Source: the human T2T-CHM13v2.0 reference genome, Homo sapiens. From it: a stretch of 64,000 nucleotides of DNA. Below the pieces are notes generated by a model. That model saw only the letters and a list, made by a program, of their open reading frames with translations, was not told where the DNA came from and did no database searches. The translations under genes and the position numbers were made by a program. Within the stretch, counting starts at the first letter, position 1. Every line of letters begins with the position of its first letter. The stretch lies in the NCBI RefSeq assembly GCF_009914755.1, contig NC_060925.1, one strand, 5' to 3'. Shown one piece after another: positions 43,691 to 58,899 of the stretch.

Positions 43691-44399
43691 ATATTATCCC
43701 TTATTTCAAACCTTCATCCTTTCTCACCAGGAATACATGTAAAGGACTATATGCTATTTACAGGTTTTCTTTATCCAGCATACCTTCTCTTTAACATTCT
43801 TCTGGTAATAAACTCCTTTTGTCCTGTGGAGACCCCATTACACACTATTCAAGTGTGAAAGATCCTGCCCTCCTATTGAGTGCCATGGGAATGAGGCCTG
43901 ACTAATTCGATAATAATATTTTCTAAAGAAAGTGATTGCTTTAAGATTGAGGTCATCACATTTCCCTTGAAAGAAGTTTTTCTGCAGAGACGTGGGAAAT
44001 ACAATTAAACACACATTCTAATCTTGTTAGTTGCAAGTACCCAGGACTAGCTAACCTACCAACCTCTAAAATTGTGGGAAATCATGCACAACACATTCTA
44101 AGGCTTCCTTGACTCTGTCATCACCCACCCCTGTAAAAGCCTCCCCTTATGGACAGGAGAGAAATTAGGCACCCTACTTACACAGCCTCAATAAATGAAT
44201 TTATTTTATTCTACTTTACTCAATTTTTTAAATTTTATGTTATTGCTTATTCTCCTCAGATCTCCTTCTCTTGCCCTAATATTAACTAGGGGTTTGATTT
44301 GGAGAAAGGAGAATGACTGGTTATGACCAAATGCTCAGGCTTGTTCTAACTTGCTTGGAATAGTAAGTCTGCCAGAAACTTTGAGGCCCTGTACGGCCA

Positions 44400-44615
44400 G
44401 TGGTCAGACTCTTAGGGGCTGGTTGCCTTTTACAAGCCTTGTAATTTTAGACAGGTTATGCAACATCTCTCTGCCTTAGTTCTGGGATCAGTAACATGGG
44501 ATAGTAACAGTTCCTACTTCATACATTTGTGGCAGTGATTAAATATGTCATACATCTTAAAAAGTGCTCATAACAATGTCTGGAACATACTAAATGCTCA
44601 GTAAGTGCTTATTGC
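44400..44615 (+). mobile_element. MIR
   Basis: ctctctgccttagttc...aacaatgtctggaacatactaaatgctcagtaa. Confidence 0.7.
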
Positions 44616-46079
44616 ATGTGCAGACCTAGGAGGTACTACTAATGAACACCACAGGTAACTGACAGAAAGAACTGGCTCTGAAAGCTCAGAGAATTCCCGT
44701 GTTCTACTTCGCCAATTGACTGTTAGTTTATGATTCTGAAAGAAGAGCACTATTGCTGAAAAGTGTTATTGTTTTAGATCATCTAACCAGTTTCTGATGT
44801 CAATCATTACTTTAAAGAATTTCCTCTCTACCACATTTCCTTCCCCACCACCTTCCTCCCCCCAGTTCAGTAATTGCTGAAAATAATCAGCTTGAAATAT
44901 AACTTGATAAAAAGCTCTTAGCTATCCTCACTGTGCTTTAATAATGAATCCTCCCTTAAATGAAATGCAAAAAAGATGATAAGACATTCTAGGCACTTTC
45001 TCTTTAGCCAAAGCCAGAGATTTTATACAGATAAAATTCACATTTTATTTGTACAAGCCCCTTTAGCAGATTTTGTTTATATTATTGGCAAAATTATGAT
45101 CACCATTACCTTTATAGAAGTGTATTTCTTCCTTTCTTCATTCATTTATTTTATATATATATATATATCTGTGAATATTTACTAGATAAGGGGTTTTAGA
45201 GTATATTAATTAATGTTATATTCTTATATTTCAAGGGCTTTGAATCTAGTAGGAGAAAACTTTTAATAATTATACACACAACTAAAGCAAAGTATCACAT
45301 TACAAATGCTGAATGAGTGCTATACAAAAAAAGCTCTAGAAGTCTTGAGAAGAGTTCACATTGGTGTGATGATCATGGAAGGCTCCGCAGATGGTAAATT
45401 TAACTAGGACATTGAAATAGGGTGGGAGGAGTTGCAACTGGAAGAAATTGCAGGAGTTAGGAAAATGCAATGTGATCAGAAATATCAAGATCTTGCTGTG
45501 GGAATGGAAGTGTGATCTGGGCAAGCTGGAAAATATTTGAAAAGAGTTTCCATAGTCATACTAGATTTGCTCATAATAATAACAATTGTTAATATATGTG
45601 AAGATAAATATACTGTCAAACTATTAGCAAAATAAGTGCTTTGCAATCATTTTTCCAGTTGCATGTAGAATTTGGCACTGATCTACACACACTGTCTCCA
45701 TCTGGTCTATTTTGTGACCCAGAACACACAACTATGTAGTAGCTGGTGTCTGAATATGGTGCTTTGAAAAATAGAATTAATTGGTCCGTCATTATATCTT
45801 CTCCTGCCACTCACAAGAAATAACCACTAAGCTCCTTAATTAATGTCACAAACAAAGATAAATCATCAACCATTTTGTGATACTGATAGTTATTCAAAGA
45901 GAGCCCACCTCTCCATTTTTAGTAAAGGAGATGTATCATTGTTGAAGCTAGTGGAATGATCCCAAAAGGAATTCAAGAGGGGAAAAAGACAACTTTTATT
46001 CCTATCTAGAGGCAATTCCTTTGGCCCACTCAAGGGTTTTCCTCCAGCAATTCTGCTGTCTCTTGTATCCCTCTTTCCT

Positions 46080-47590
46080 GGATTATTTCCATCTTAAAAT
46101 AGCACCTTCTTAATTCACTCAGCTTCCCAGTGCAACAAAACCCCTCTAAGAGCTGTTTTCTACACTGGCTGTTCCATTTCCTTCCACTCCATAGTTGAGT
46201 TTTTACCTCTACCTTTTCACAGAAAATGCCTTATTAAGGTAACCATTGGACTCCTTATTGCCAAATTCAATGGTCAATTATCATTGATCTCATCTAACTT
46301 GGCCAACTGACAGGATTTGAGATGATTGATTGATTATTTCCACCTTTTGAAATATCTTCTCTACTTCTGAAATAATATATCCTTGGCTTTCTTCCTACCT
46401 TCTGAATACTTCTTCCAAATCTCCTTTGCTAGTTTCTCTTTGTTTTCTTTACCCCTTTATGTTGAAGTACTTTGGAGTCAATTCTTGTAACTCATCTCTT
46501 TGTTTTAGCTTCATTCACTCCTTTGTTGATCTCATCCAATCTGATGGTTTAAAATGTATATCACAAGTCCAGACTTTACTCCTTCATTCCAGATTGGAAT
46601 ATCCAATGATCAAGGCAACAGTTTCACTGGGGTTGTCTAACTGACATTTTAAGTTCAGGATGTCCAAAACTGAATTCCAGATCTTCCTTCTACATTTGCT
46701 CCTCCTACACCCTTCCCCTGCATCCAGTGTCTCAAAATAAAAATCTTAGTATTATCCTTCACTCATCTCTTTCTCTCATGTCCTATTTCTCATTGTCAAA
46801 AATTCCTGATGGTTGTACATTCAAAATATAACAAAACTGCATTATATCTTACTACCTCCACCACTTACAACATGATTCTAACTCATCAGCATCTCTCTCC
46901 AGACTTCTACGGTCACCACCTTGCTGATCACCTTGTCCCTCTGTTATCCAGTCTCTCTACATGAAGAATCTTTAAGTCAGATCATGTCATTCCTATGTTC
47001 AAAATTTTCCAGTGACTTTCCATTTCACTTAGAGTAAAAGTTAAGTCTTCATATTGGTCTAAAATGCCCTGTGGGATCTGGCCATCATTAGCTCCTTGAC
47101 ATTATATGTACTCTGTCTCCCTCTAACCCACTCATGCTGGCCACACTAGCTTCTCACCTTTCTGACCCATCGGGCTTATGCACTGCTAGTCTCCTCAGCC
47201 TGCAAAGTTCTGCCTCCGGATATCCACACTACTAACTCCCTCATGTCCTTCAAGTGTTAGATCAAATACTATCCTACGAATGAGGCTGACCCTAAGTAAT
47301 GCTCTTTAAAATGGCAATGTGTCCCCAAACTCTTCTCCTGCTTACTTTATTTTATTTTTTCTCGACAAATTGCTTTTTACCTTCTAATATATCATGTATC
47401 CCATTTATATGTTCTATTTATTATTTACTTTCCATTTTTTTCTGCCAGGTTGTGGACTCCATTAAACCAGTATTTTTTGTGTAAGGAAGGTGTGTGTTTG
47501 TGTGTGTGCGCATAGGTATCTGTGTTGTTTCTTGATATACTTTAAGAACATGTTACAGAGTGTGCTCTCAATATATATTGTTGCATGAGT
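46080..47590 (+). mobile_element. L2 (L2a-like) RT region to 3' end
   Basis: ttgccaaattcaatggtcaatt...atgtccaaaactgaattcc...aagtcagatcatgtcattcc...ctcaatatatattgttgcatga. Confidence 0.8.
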
Positions 47591-47598
47591 GCCTTTTA

Positions 47599-50502
<2,904 letters not shown>

Positions 50503-51202
50503 TTGCTGAATGCCTTTTAGATCAGAGCCCTGGATCAGCACATTTTCTTATACTTTGTCATTATGTCATAAATTGGCCACTATAAGAATGGCTGTGACAT
50601 GGATTCCTTTGTATGTGTCAGCTGGAGTGTGCAACTTGTGGAGGAATTTAAGCACTTTTCCACAAATCGATTACAGCCTGTTGCTCTTGTGTTTTCCTCC
50701 GTTATAGAACAGCCAAGTCAAATGGCAACGAGAAGTGACTGGGAGTCGCCCAGTCTGTCACCAACAGCGCAGATGGAATTTCTTTATTAATTAATAAAAC
50801 AAGTGGAGAAGATTCCTAAGACTATACAGAAGTGGTAGAGAAAAAAACATACCTTCTTCCCAACTTTTTCTTCAAATCCAATATATATGGTTGAAACTTC
50901 ATCTATGCTGCTTAATCAAAGAATATGTTAATTTTTTTCAGTAAAATGAAATTGAAATCACTCTCCCACTCTTCACATACTTTAGGCAGGATGTGGATTG
51001 GCATAAATACCCACCTGGTTCCCAAGGGCTCTTTTCAGCTAGGATTAGAATAATCTCAGGACACACATGGGATCATATATTACTACACCATGATGAAAAT
51101 TAGAGAACTGGCTTTTCTCTGTTGCTTGTCCTGAATGAGAGTTGAGGGCAGGGGTCCAGATTTTGCCCTGATAGATCCAGCCAGTGACATTCTAAGTGAA
51201 GA

Positions 51203-51203
<1 letters not shown>

Positions 51204-51241
<38 letters not shown>
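51204..51241. repeat. (CA)n microsatellite
   Basis: Directly visible. Confidence 0.97.
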
Positions 51242-51245
<4 letters not shown>

Positions 51246-53359
51246 ATTTTATTTTGAAAAAGAAAACTAATATTTTAAGATAATGACGAGAAGGACTCAG
51301 TAGGAAATAGACTGGAGTCTATTCCAGTTCCAATTTCACACTGAAGAGCAAATGTTATTTGTCTTTATATCTAGTATAAGAAACCAACATCATTTTTGTA
51401 ATAAAACAAACATGGGATTCACTGAGGCTTGCAGAAGAGAGAGGAGGACTGTAGAGGTACAGATTTCTGCTGCACTATGCACAGCTGGTTTTAAGGGATG
51501 CCTACCAGATGGTAACGTTTGTCAAAGATGAAACATTGTATCCACAAGCGTGGAGGCTGTGCCCTGTGGCAGAGCAATTCTTTTCGGAAAGAATGTTGGG
51601 GAAATAATTCTTCTGATGGGCTAAATGTATACATTTTTAGTGGTTGTGGATTTATTTCCACCTTGGGCCAAGATAATTTTAAGTTTGTTATACTGTCTCA
51701 TGAACCATAGGTTCTAAATAGTGAGAAAGAGATGAGGTGGAATAGGGGAGGAAGGGAGAATGTGCATTTTGGGGAGCTGAGTTTCCCTGATGCTGAAAGA
51801 TTGCTTCCAATATAATCATTGGCTTGTGGTTTCATTTTCCTCTTTAAGGGCAGGGTACTTTATTCAATTCTGTATATCTCTGAGGTAGGAAATTTCTTAT
51901 GCTACTTTGGCTTAACTCATGAGTGAGACGGAGGCTCGGAAGATCATTTAGCACCTAACAGAAGCAACCTTTCATTTTTTGGCAGGTGGGTAGGGAGCAA
52001 GGAGGGAAGAGAACATAATTCATTCCTGCGGATCACAGTCTCCAGTTACTCCTGATCTGAGTCATTCTTTTTCCCAGTGAGAATCAGGTACATAGAAGGT
52101 ACCACCAGAAAGGTTATTTTAATTTACCCTTTTGCTGATATTCCTCTCACTCTGGGTTAAAAGAGCTGAGCATGGCAATGCTTGATTTGTCAAGTCTTTT
52201 TCTAAAGTGTTTTTCTCTGTGCTCTGTCTTCCACCTCTGACTCAGCCATATACAAATGTACATTCCGGACGCTTCTAACCCTTCTAACCAATAGACATGA
52301 TTAACTGTTATCAGCATAATCTAAGGCTGAAGATTTTAAACTGATCCACTCCAATACCAACCAGTTGATAATCACCAAAGCAACGTATATGTTTGTTTTT
52401 CCCTGTTAATTGGCTTTCAGTGAAATGTCATGATGTGTCAACATTTGCAAATTCCTGCCCTGCTCATACAAGGTAAAAATTACTTGATCCATCCTAACTA
52501 AGCCACAGGCCTTCTCAGACATGTTTTTGTTGTTCTAAGGAGGAAGAATTTGTTACACTTATGTAAGTAAATTATTTCCAGCAAACAAAAATGCAGTGTC
52601 TACAGTGTGGCATCAGAATCTCAATTCGTCTGGAAACTCTGTGAAGAGCACTTTTCAAATTATTTATCAGCCTTTCCCAGGTCACATCTCTATTTTATTT
52701 TTGCTCCTTTCAAAGGTATTCACATCTTTCCTATGCTCCATTCCCATTTTCAAAAGGAGGTCGAAATAACAAGCTTTCTGTTATTCAATTAATAAGTCTT
52801 TCAATCATGGTGTCAGGCAAAAGTTCAGAGCCAACTCGGTAAAGGCTGACTATTCAAGACCATAGGCCAGTAAGTTCTCATGTGAAAGAGAACATGCCTT
52901 CATGTCAGGCGTTAAACACATGATCGAGAATGTGAACACCTGCTAAAGAACATGGAAGGGTCTTTCCTAAAGTGGATTTTGCAGTAAGCTCTCATTCCTC
53001 TACATAATAGCTCTAAACCATGCACCTGACTTTCATTGCCCTAGGGAAAATCAGTACTGGTATAGACCTAATGGGAGAAGTGTAATATATTTCACTGCAG
53101 GAACCACCTTCCACCATCACCCTCCCCATCCTCCAAACACACTCCTGGAACAATCCCTGTGGAACTCCATTGCTGCATCAGTCTTTGACCAGTCTTCTAA
53201 ACTACGCAGCTCAGAGTAGCTCAAATTCACTGCCTCTGAACTTGAAAAATTAGCACCATATCTTATATGCTTTGTTCAAAATGATCAACACCACACAGAT
53301 TAGCATTTTATTATGCCAGCATTAAATAAGAGCTAAAAAGAATGAGCTTTATTGACATT

Positions 53360-53565
53360 TGGGCTTAAGTTTCCGCCCAAACTAATTCATTTTCCATCTC
53401 TGCGACCTCTCAAATGACATCGCCTCCCTCAATTTTTTTCATCATCTATAAAAGAGGGATTGTAATAATTCCTACAGTGATGTGAAAATTAAATGAGATC
53501 CTGTGTATAAAGTACTTTCACAAAGCTAGAATTCCATAAATGTTAGTTATAACAATTATTATTAT
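53360..53565 (+). mobile_element. MIR
   Basis: ctcaatttttttcatcatctataaaagaggg...aaattaaatgagat...ataaatgttagttat. Confidence 0.7.
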
Positions 53566-54009
53566 ACTATCCTGTTAAGCAAATGCTTCTTCAATTATTC
53601 AATACATATTTAACTTTCATGTGGGTTTTAACTTGAGTAGGTTATAAATGCACAGAATACTGGTTTATAACGTGGATCTCTAACCTCAGCACCTAATATA
53701 ATGGTTGTTATCAATATGTAATTTAATTTTCTTTACTAAATACATTTCATAGTGTTCAGAATAGCACTAAGGTCTTGGGAGCACGTAAATATTTCTTACT
53801 CCTTAAGTAATTATTATAGTAGCTTGCATTTTGTGCCTACTATGTGCCTGGCCCTATGCTAGGTAGTTTACACATATTATCTGTAATTCTTAAGCAACTT
53901 CACGGGACTGAATTGTAGCATGTGTGATAGAAAAATCTCTGATGATTTTCGATAAGTAGATTTGAATAGCACTATGGAGAGTGATTAATTTGTAGATGGA
54001 GTGAGGATA

Positions 54010-54300
54010 TTTGTTTATTCATTCATTCAACAAGTATTCCCTAATTTCCTTCTACATTCTAGCTGCTTCTGGGTCCTAGGCTTATAACAATAAATAAGAC
54101 TTGTCCTTATAGAAGGGGAGGCAGGTAATTAACTAATAAACAAAACCATAAGATACTTTCAGAGAGTGGTAAATGCTATAAAGAAAATAAAACAGGCTGA
54201 ATGTAGAGAGAATTTAGCGTGCCATGTGAGAACTATTAGATTGGCTGGTCACAGGCAATCTGTGGAACGGACTCTCGTGCTGAGACCTGACTTTGCACAA
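54010..54300 (-). mobile_element. L2 3' end
   Basis: ttcattcattcaacaagtatt...gtggtaaatgctataaagaaaataaaacagg. Confidence 0.7.
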
Positions 54301-54327
54301 TGTAAATGCTTGTTACTAAAGAATACT

Positions 54328-54630
54328 TATTATTATTATTATTATTTTTTGAGGTGGAGTCTCGCTCTTGTTGCCCAGGCTGGAGTGCAATGTCGTGATC
54401 TCAACCTACCACAACCTCCGCCTCCTGGGTTCAAGCAGTTCTCCTACCTCAGCCCCGAGTAGCTGGGATAACAGGCATGTGCCACCACACCCGGCTAATT
54501 TTGTATTTTTAGTAGAGATGGGGTTTCTCCATGTTGGCCAGGTTGGTCTCAAACTCCCGAACTCAGGTGATCTGCCCACCTCAGACTCCCAAAGTACTGA
54601 GATTACAGGCATGAGCCACCACACCTGGCC
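54328..54630 (-). mobile_element. AluSp/Sq-like
   Basis: cgctcttgttgcccaggctggagtgcaat, gggtttctccatgttgg; TSD taaaga(a/g)tacttatt. Confidence 0.95.
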
Positions 54631-55104
54631 TAAAGAGTACTTATTACAAAAAACTAGGAGCCTGGAAGGATGTGCATCATACTCTGGGGATTTTGCCATG
54701 AGTTAAGAGAAATGAGATGGAAGCAGTAGAAGGAATGATTCAAGAGAGGGTCTAAATGAATAAATGAAAGAATGATGTTAAACAATACAAGCTTATACTT
54801 CAGCACACTAGGGCATCAGACGCCTCTGGTCCCTCGTGCCAGACACATCTGGCATGGAGTGTCACTGGGGACCTCAAAGTTATATCGGGGGTTTCCCCTG
54901 AGTATCCTGCTCCTTCTTTGAAGAGGGCTCCCTTTGGTCCATTTTTCTCACCTCTTATCCCTGAGAGCAGCATTTTGCATACAGTCAATGTTCACCAAAT
55001 GTTTGCTATGTAGCTACTGCTCAAGCACTTTAACTGCTAAAAAACAATGCTTTTAGAGAGCAAAGAATTATTGGTCCTTTCAAGTGATCGAGTTTAATTA
55101 ATAA

Positions 55105-55260
55105 TCTGTCTAGCAGCTATGTGACCTTAAGTTAATCACTTAACCTCTGGAGACCTCGGTTTTCTCATCTGTGAAATGCAGATGATAACAACCGCCTCCC
55201 TGTGTTGCCCTTGGGACTGGAAGAGAGGAGGTGTGAGAAAGCCCTTAGTCATGTCTAACC
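55105..55260 (+). mobile_element. MIR
   Basis: gctatgtgaccttaagttaatcacttaacctctggagacctcggttttctcatctgtgaaatg. Confidence 0.8.
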
Positions 55261-55841
55261 TGGGATGCCCTTGCAGGGGCTTCCATATTCTATCTCATGG
55301 GATGAGAGGGCAGAGAGAACTCACTGCACTATCACCGTCTTCCCCATTGCCTCCATCACAACGCAGGTGTGGGAGGTGGGGAAAGGGATGGGAGCAAGAA
55401 CCAAACACATTAGCAATGTCATGGTTGTTTATTGTTTTCACCCATGTGGTAATAAATCAATGTGAGGTTTGTCATTTTAATTAGTCTTCTTTCAGTCTGG
55501 GAAGTCAAGGCTGTTCAATGCTGATAGGGAGCTGAAAAATTATCTGAGAACGAGTGTCCGGAATGAGTCTCAGCGTCCCGGCTTCAGAGTGCTGCAGGTC
55601 ACTGGAGATGGGGAGTGAAGAGCCCTCCACTTCAGAAGGAAAATTAGCGTTTGGTGTAAGGCTGACAGCAGTGGGTGGAGAAGGAGCTGAATTCATCTTT
55701 TCCTTGCTTACTGCTAGTCCAGCCCCATGGTGAGCTGCAGGGAAGAGAGTGTGGAGGGAAGGGAGAGTAAGGGGATAAATTTCTGTAGATGTTTCTATAC
55801 AGCCTAACGTGAGAATGCATTATTTTTATATATATATATAT

Positions 55842-56717
55842 AAATTAAATATTTCCACTCAACTCCATCATTACAGCAGGAAACATCAGAGCTGCCCGAC
55901 GTGGCTCAGATTTCCTTCGATGGCAGTAAATCTGGCTGAAGTTTTATGGAAAGGGTGAACTATCACTTCATAGAGAAGTAGTCAAGCAGACTGAAATTGG
56001 AGGACAACTTGGACTAGTTGAACTTTAAGATCTTTTCCAAATTTAGAAATTCCATTAAATGGAAGGAAATAGTTTTTATTATTAATAACAAAATATAATA
56101 ATAATAACAGCAATTCCTTAATATTATATTATGCTTTGTAGTTTATATTTTGCCATCATATGCTTGAAACAATTGTGTGAGGCAGGTAGAATAGGTATCT
56201 TATTTCCATTGCATTCAAGGAATCAAGGCACAGAGAGTTAAGTGATTTCCCCATGGACACAAAGTAAGTGGAAGAATTAAGATGAGCACCCAAGCGGTGC
56301 CTGTATATCATCCTGTTGCTGCCAAATATGATCATGAGGAGAAAGTTGATGACCATTCTAGACACTGCTGAAGGAAGGAATAGCCGATTTCAGGAAGATC
56401 AGCAAAGACTGTGAAAAGGACCAGAGTCATTTTTCCTTTTATTATCTAGTAGGAATATAACCATGATCCCCAACAAGCCAGTGAACATCCTTGTACAACC
56501 ACACACTTTACAAGGGTTTTGCTTTGAATCTTCCCTGAGACATCACAGGAAATGGGCTTCCTTGTGATACAACTCAGTTCAAGGCAAGTAAATCCATTTG
56601 GCAACGTGTTGTTTGACAAATTTTAAAATAGAGGTTTGATTTGCTTTTTATACTTACCCCTGTTTTCACCATTGAGGACAGTAACTCCTCAAACTTTTGG
56701 GCATATAATATGTGTGT
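55842..56717 (+). repeat. Left arm of large inverted repeat (876 bp)
   Basis: Reverse complement of 57011-57909; manual alignment gives 24 substitutions, three 1-2 bp indels and one 22 bp duplication. Confidence 0.98.
56100..56305 (-). mobile_element. MIR within the left arm (mirror copy at ~57445-57650 on +)
   Basis: aaggcacagagagttaagtgatttccccatggacaca, the MIR core. Confidence 0.75.
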
Positions 56718-56975
56718 TTATATATATATATGTATAATTTGGATATATATATGTATAATTTGGATATATATGTATATATGTATATATATACACACGTATG
56801 TATACATACACATGTATACATACACATATATATACACACGTATGTATACATACACATATACATACACATATATACATACACATATATACATGTATACATA
56901 CACATATATACATATATACATACACATATATACATATATACATACACATACATATATACACATATATATCCAAAT

Positions 56976-57010
<35 letters not shown>
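56718..57010. repeat. TA/CA-rich microsatellite centre of the palindrome, itself partly symmetric
   Basis: (TA)n/(TACA)n; tgtataatttggatatatat on the left pairs with atatatatccaaattataca on the right. Confidence 0.95.
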
Positions 57011-57017
<7 letters not shown>

Positions 57018-57909
57018 TATTATTTGCCCAAAAGTTTGAGGAGTTACTGTCCTCAATGGTGAAAACAGGGGTAACTATAAAAAGCAAATCAAACCTCTAT
57101 TTTAAAATTTGTCAAACAACACGTTGCCAAATGGATTTACTTGCCTTGAACTGAGTTGTATCACAAGGAATCCCATTTCCTGTGATGTCTCAGGGAAGAT
57201 TCAAAGCAAAGCCCTTGTAAAGTGTGTGGTTGTACAAGGATGTTCCCTGGCTTGTTGGGGATCATGGTTATATTCCTACTAGATAATAAAAGGAAAAATG
57301 ACCCTGAGCCCTTTTAACACAGTCTTTGCTGATCTTCCTGTAATCAGCTATTCCTTCCTTCAGCAGTGTCTAGAATGGTCATCAACTTTCTCCTCATGAT
57401 CAAATTTGGCAGCAACAGGATGATATACAGGCACTGCCAGGATGATATACAGGCATCGCTTGAGTGCTCATCTTAATTCTTCCACATTCTGTGTGTCCAT
57501 AGGGAAATCACTTAACTCTCTGTGCCTTGATTCCTTGAATGCAATGGAAATAAGATACCTATTCTACCTGCCTCACAATTGTTTCAAGCATATGATGGCA
57601 TAATATAAACTACAAAGCATAATATAATATTAAGGAATTGCTCTTATTGTTATTATACTTTGTTATTAATAATAAAAACTATTTCCTTCCATTTAATGGA
57701 ATTTCTAAATTTGGAAAAGATCTTAAAGTTCAACTAGTCCAAGTTGTTCTCCAATTTCAGTGTGCTTGACTACTTCTCTATGAAGTGATAGTTCACGCTT
57801 TCCATAAAACTTCAGCCAGATTTACTGTCATCGAAGGAAATCTGAGCCACGTCGGGCAGCTCTGATGTTTCCTGCTGTAATGATGGAGTTGAGTGGAAAT
57901 ATTTAATTT
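57011..57909 (-). repeat. Right arm of large inverted repeat (899 bp)
   Basis: Reverse complement of 55842-56717. Confidence 0.98.
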
Positions 57910-58380
57910 CTATCCTGAAGTATTAGTTTAGCCTTTTAGAACCCCAGTCTATTTTCCAAGGTGGTAACTTTTAACATGTTTTAGCAGAGCTCTTGCTCCT
58001 AAATCTTCACTTTCCCCAGCTGAAGACCCTGAGCATGTTCAAATATTCTTCAAGTTGTATTGTTTTGGGTTTTCTCATCATTCTAATTGGTCAGCTCTAA
58101 ATATTTCTGTTTTCTATTTCTTTCTTAAAATGTGCCTCTTTCAGCTGAATATCCTGGCATGTTATGACCAGTGTGTCTAAAAACACAACTTGATATTCAC
58201 CAACCAGATCTGCTCATCTTTCCCCAAGTCTTCATCTTGTTTTTTAGCACAAGTCAAATGCCTTAATTACTTCTCGTGTGTGTGTGTGTGTGTATTTTGT
58301 CACTTGTCACCTGTCTTCATTCTAAAATTTGCTCCTTCAGTAAAGTTTTCCCTGAATATTTTAATCCAGGGCCAATGATC
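57698..58380 (-). mobile_element. L3/CR1 LINE 3' region crossing the outer boundary of the right arm
   Basis: ggaatttctaaatttggaaaagatcttaaagttcaactagtccaa (antisense CR1 3' end) continues past 57909 into cttcactttccccagctgaagaccc...ttcttaaaatgtgcc...tgaccagtg. Confidence 0.6.
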
Positions 58381-58639
58381 ACCCTCATCCTTACAATCTT
58401 CAGACACTCAGGACAGTAAGTGTTCTGGGGAAACAGAGCTGGAAAGAAGGGCAGGAAGGCGGGTATGCTTGATTTTTGTCAAGAAAACAGGGGAATTGAT
58501 TCCAAAACCATGAAAGACAGACTTCTAGAAAAGAGGCTAAATTTCTTCTATGTTGATCTAAAGAGCAAAATTGAGACCAGTCAGGGCAACTTGGTGGGGG
58601 AAGCTCCTGAGATACGGTGGAGAGGAGCATAGGATTGGG

Positions 58640-58790
58640 GACAGGATAGCTCTGGGTTCAAGTTTGAGTCTACAACTTCCTGATTCAATGGTCTTAAGTG
58701 ATTTTCTGTGTCTGTTCCCAGCCTAAGCCTCTGCCTCTACAAAATGAGGTGAATTTTACCAACCTCATATGGTCCTTTTTAGGACTAATA
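58640..58790 (+). mobile_element. MIR
   Basis: ctgggttcaagtttgagtctacaacttcc...ctctacaaaatgagg. Confidence 0.6.
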
Positions 58791-58899
58791 GGCATTGATT
58801 CAATTGGCCGGGCCCAGGACTCTGTGTCCTGGGGTCTTTTCACAGCACATGCTAACTTGTCCTGCCTCTACTCGGTTTACAAGAAAAGTCTGAGTGAAA

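Noticed and set aside
56641-57154. Cluster of 95-132 aa ORFs on both strands, including a mirror pair starting MLFI(L/V)[16 protein letters not shown]
   Set aside because: Produced by the palindrome plus a stop-free TA/CA microsatellite (Y/I/H/T/C/V low complexity); no coding evidence.
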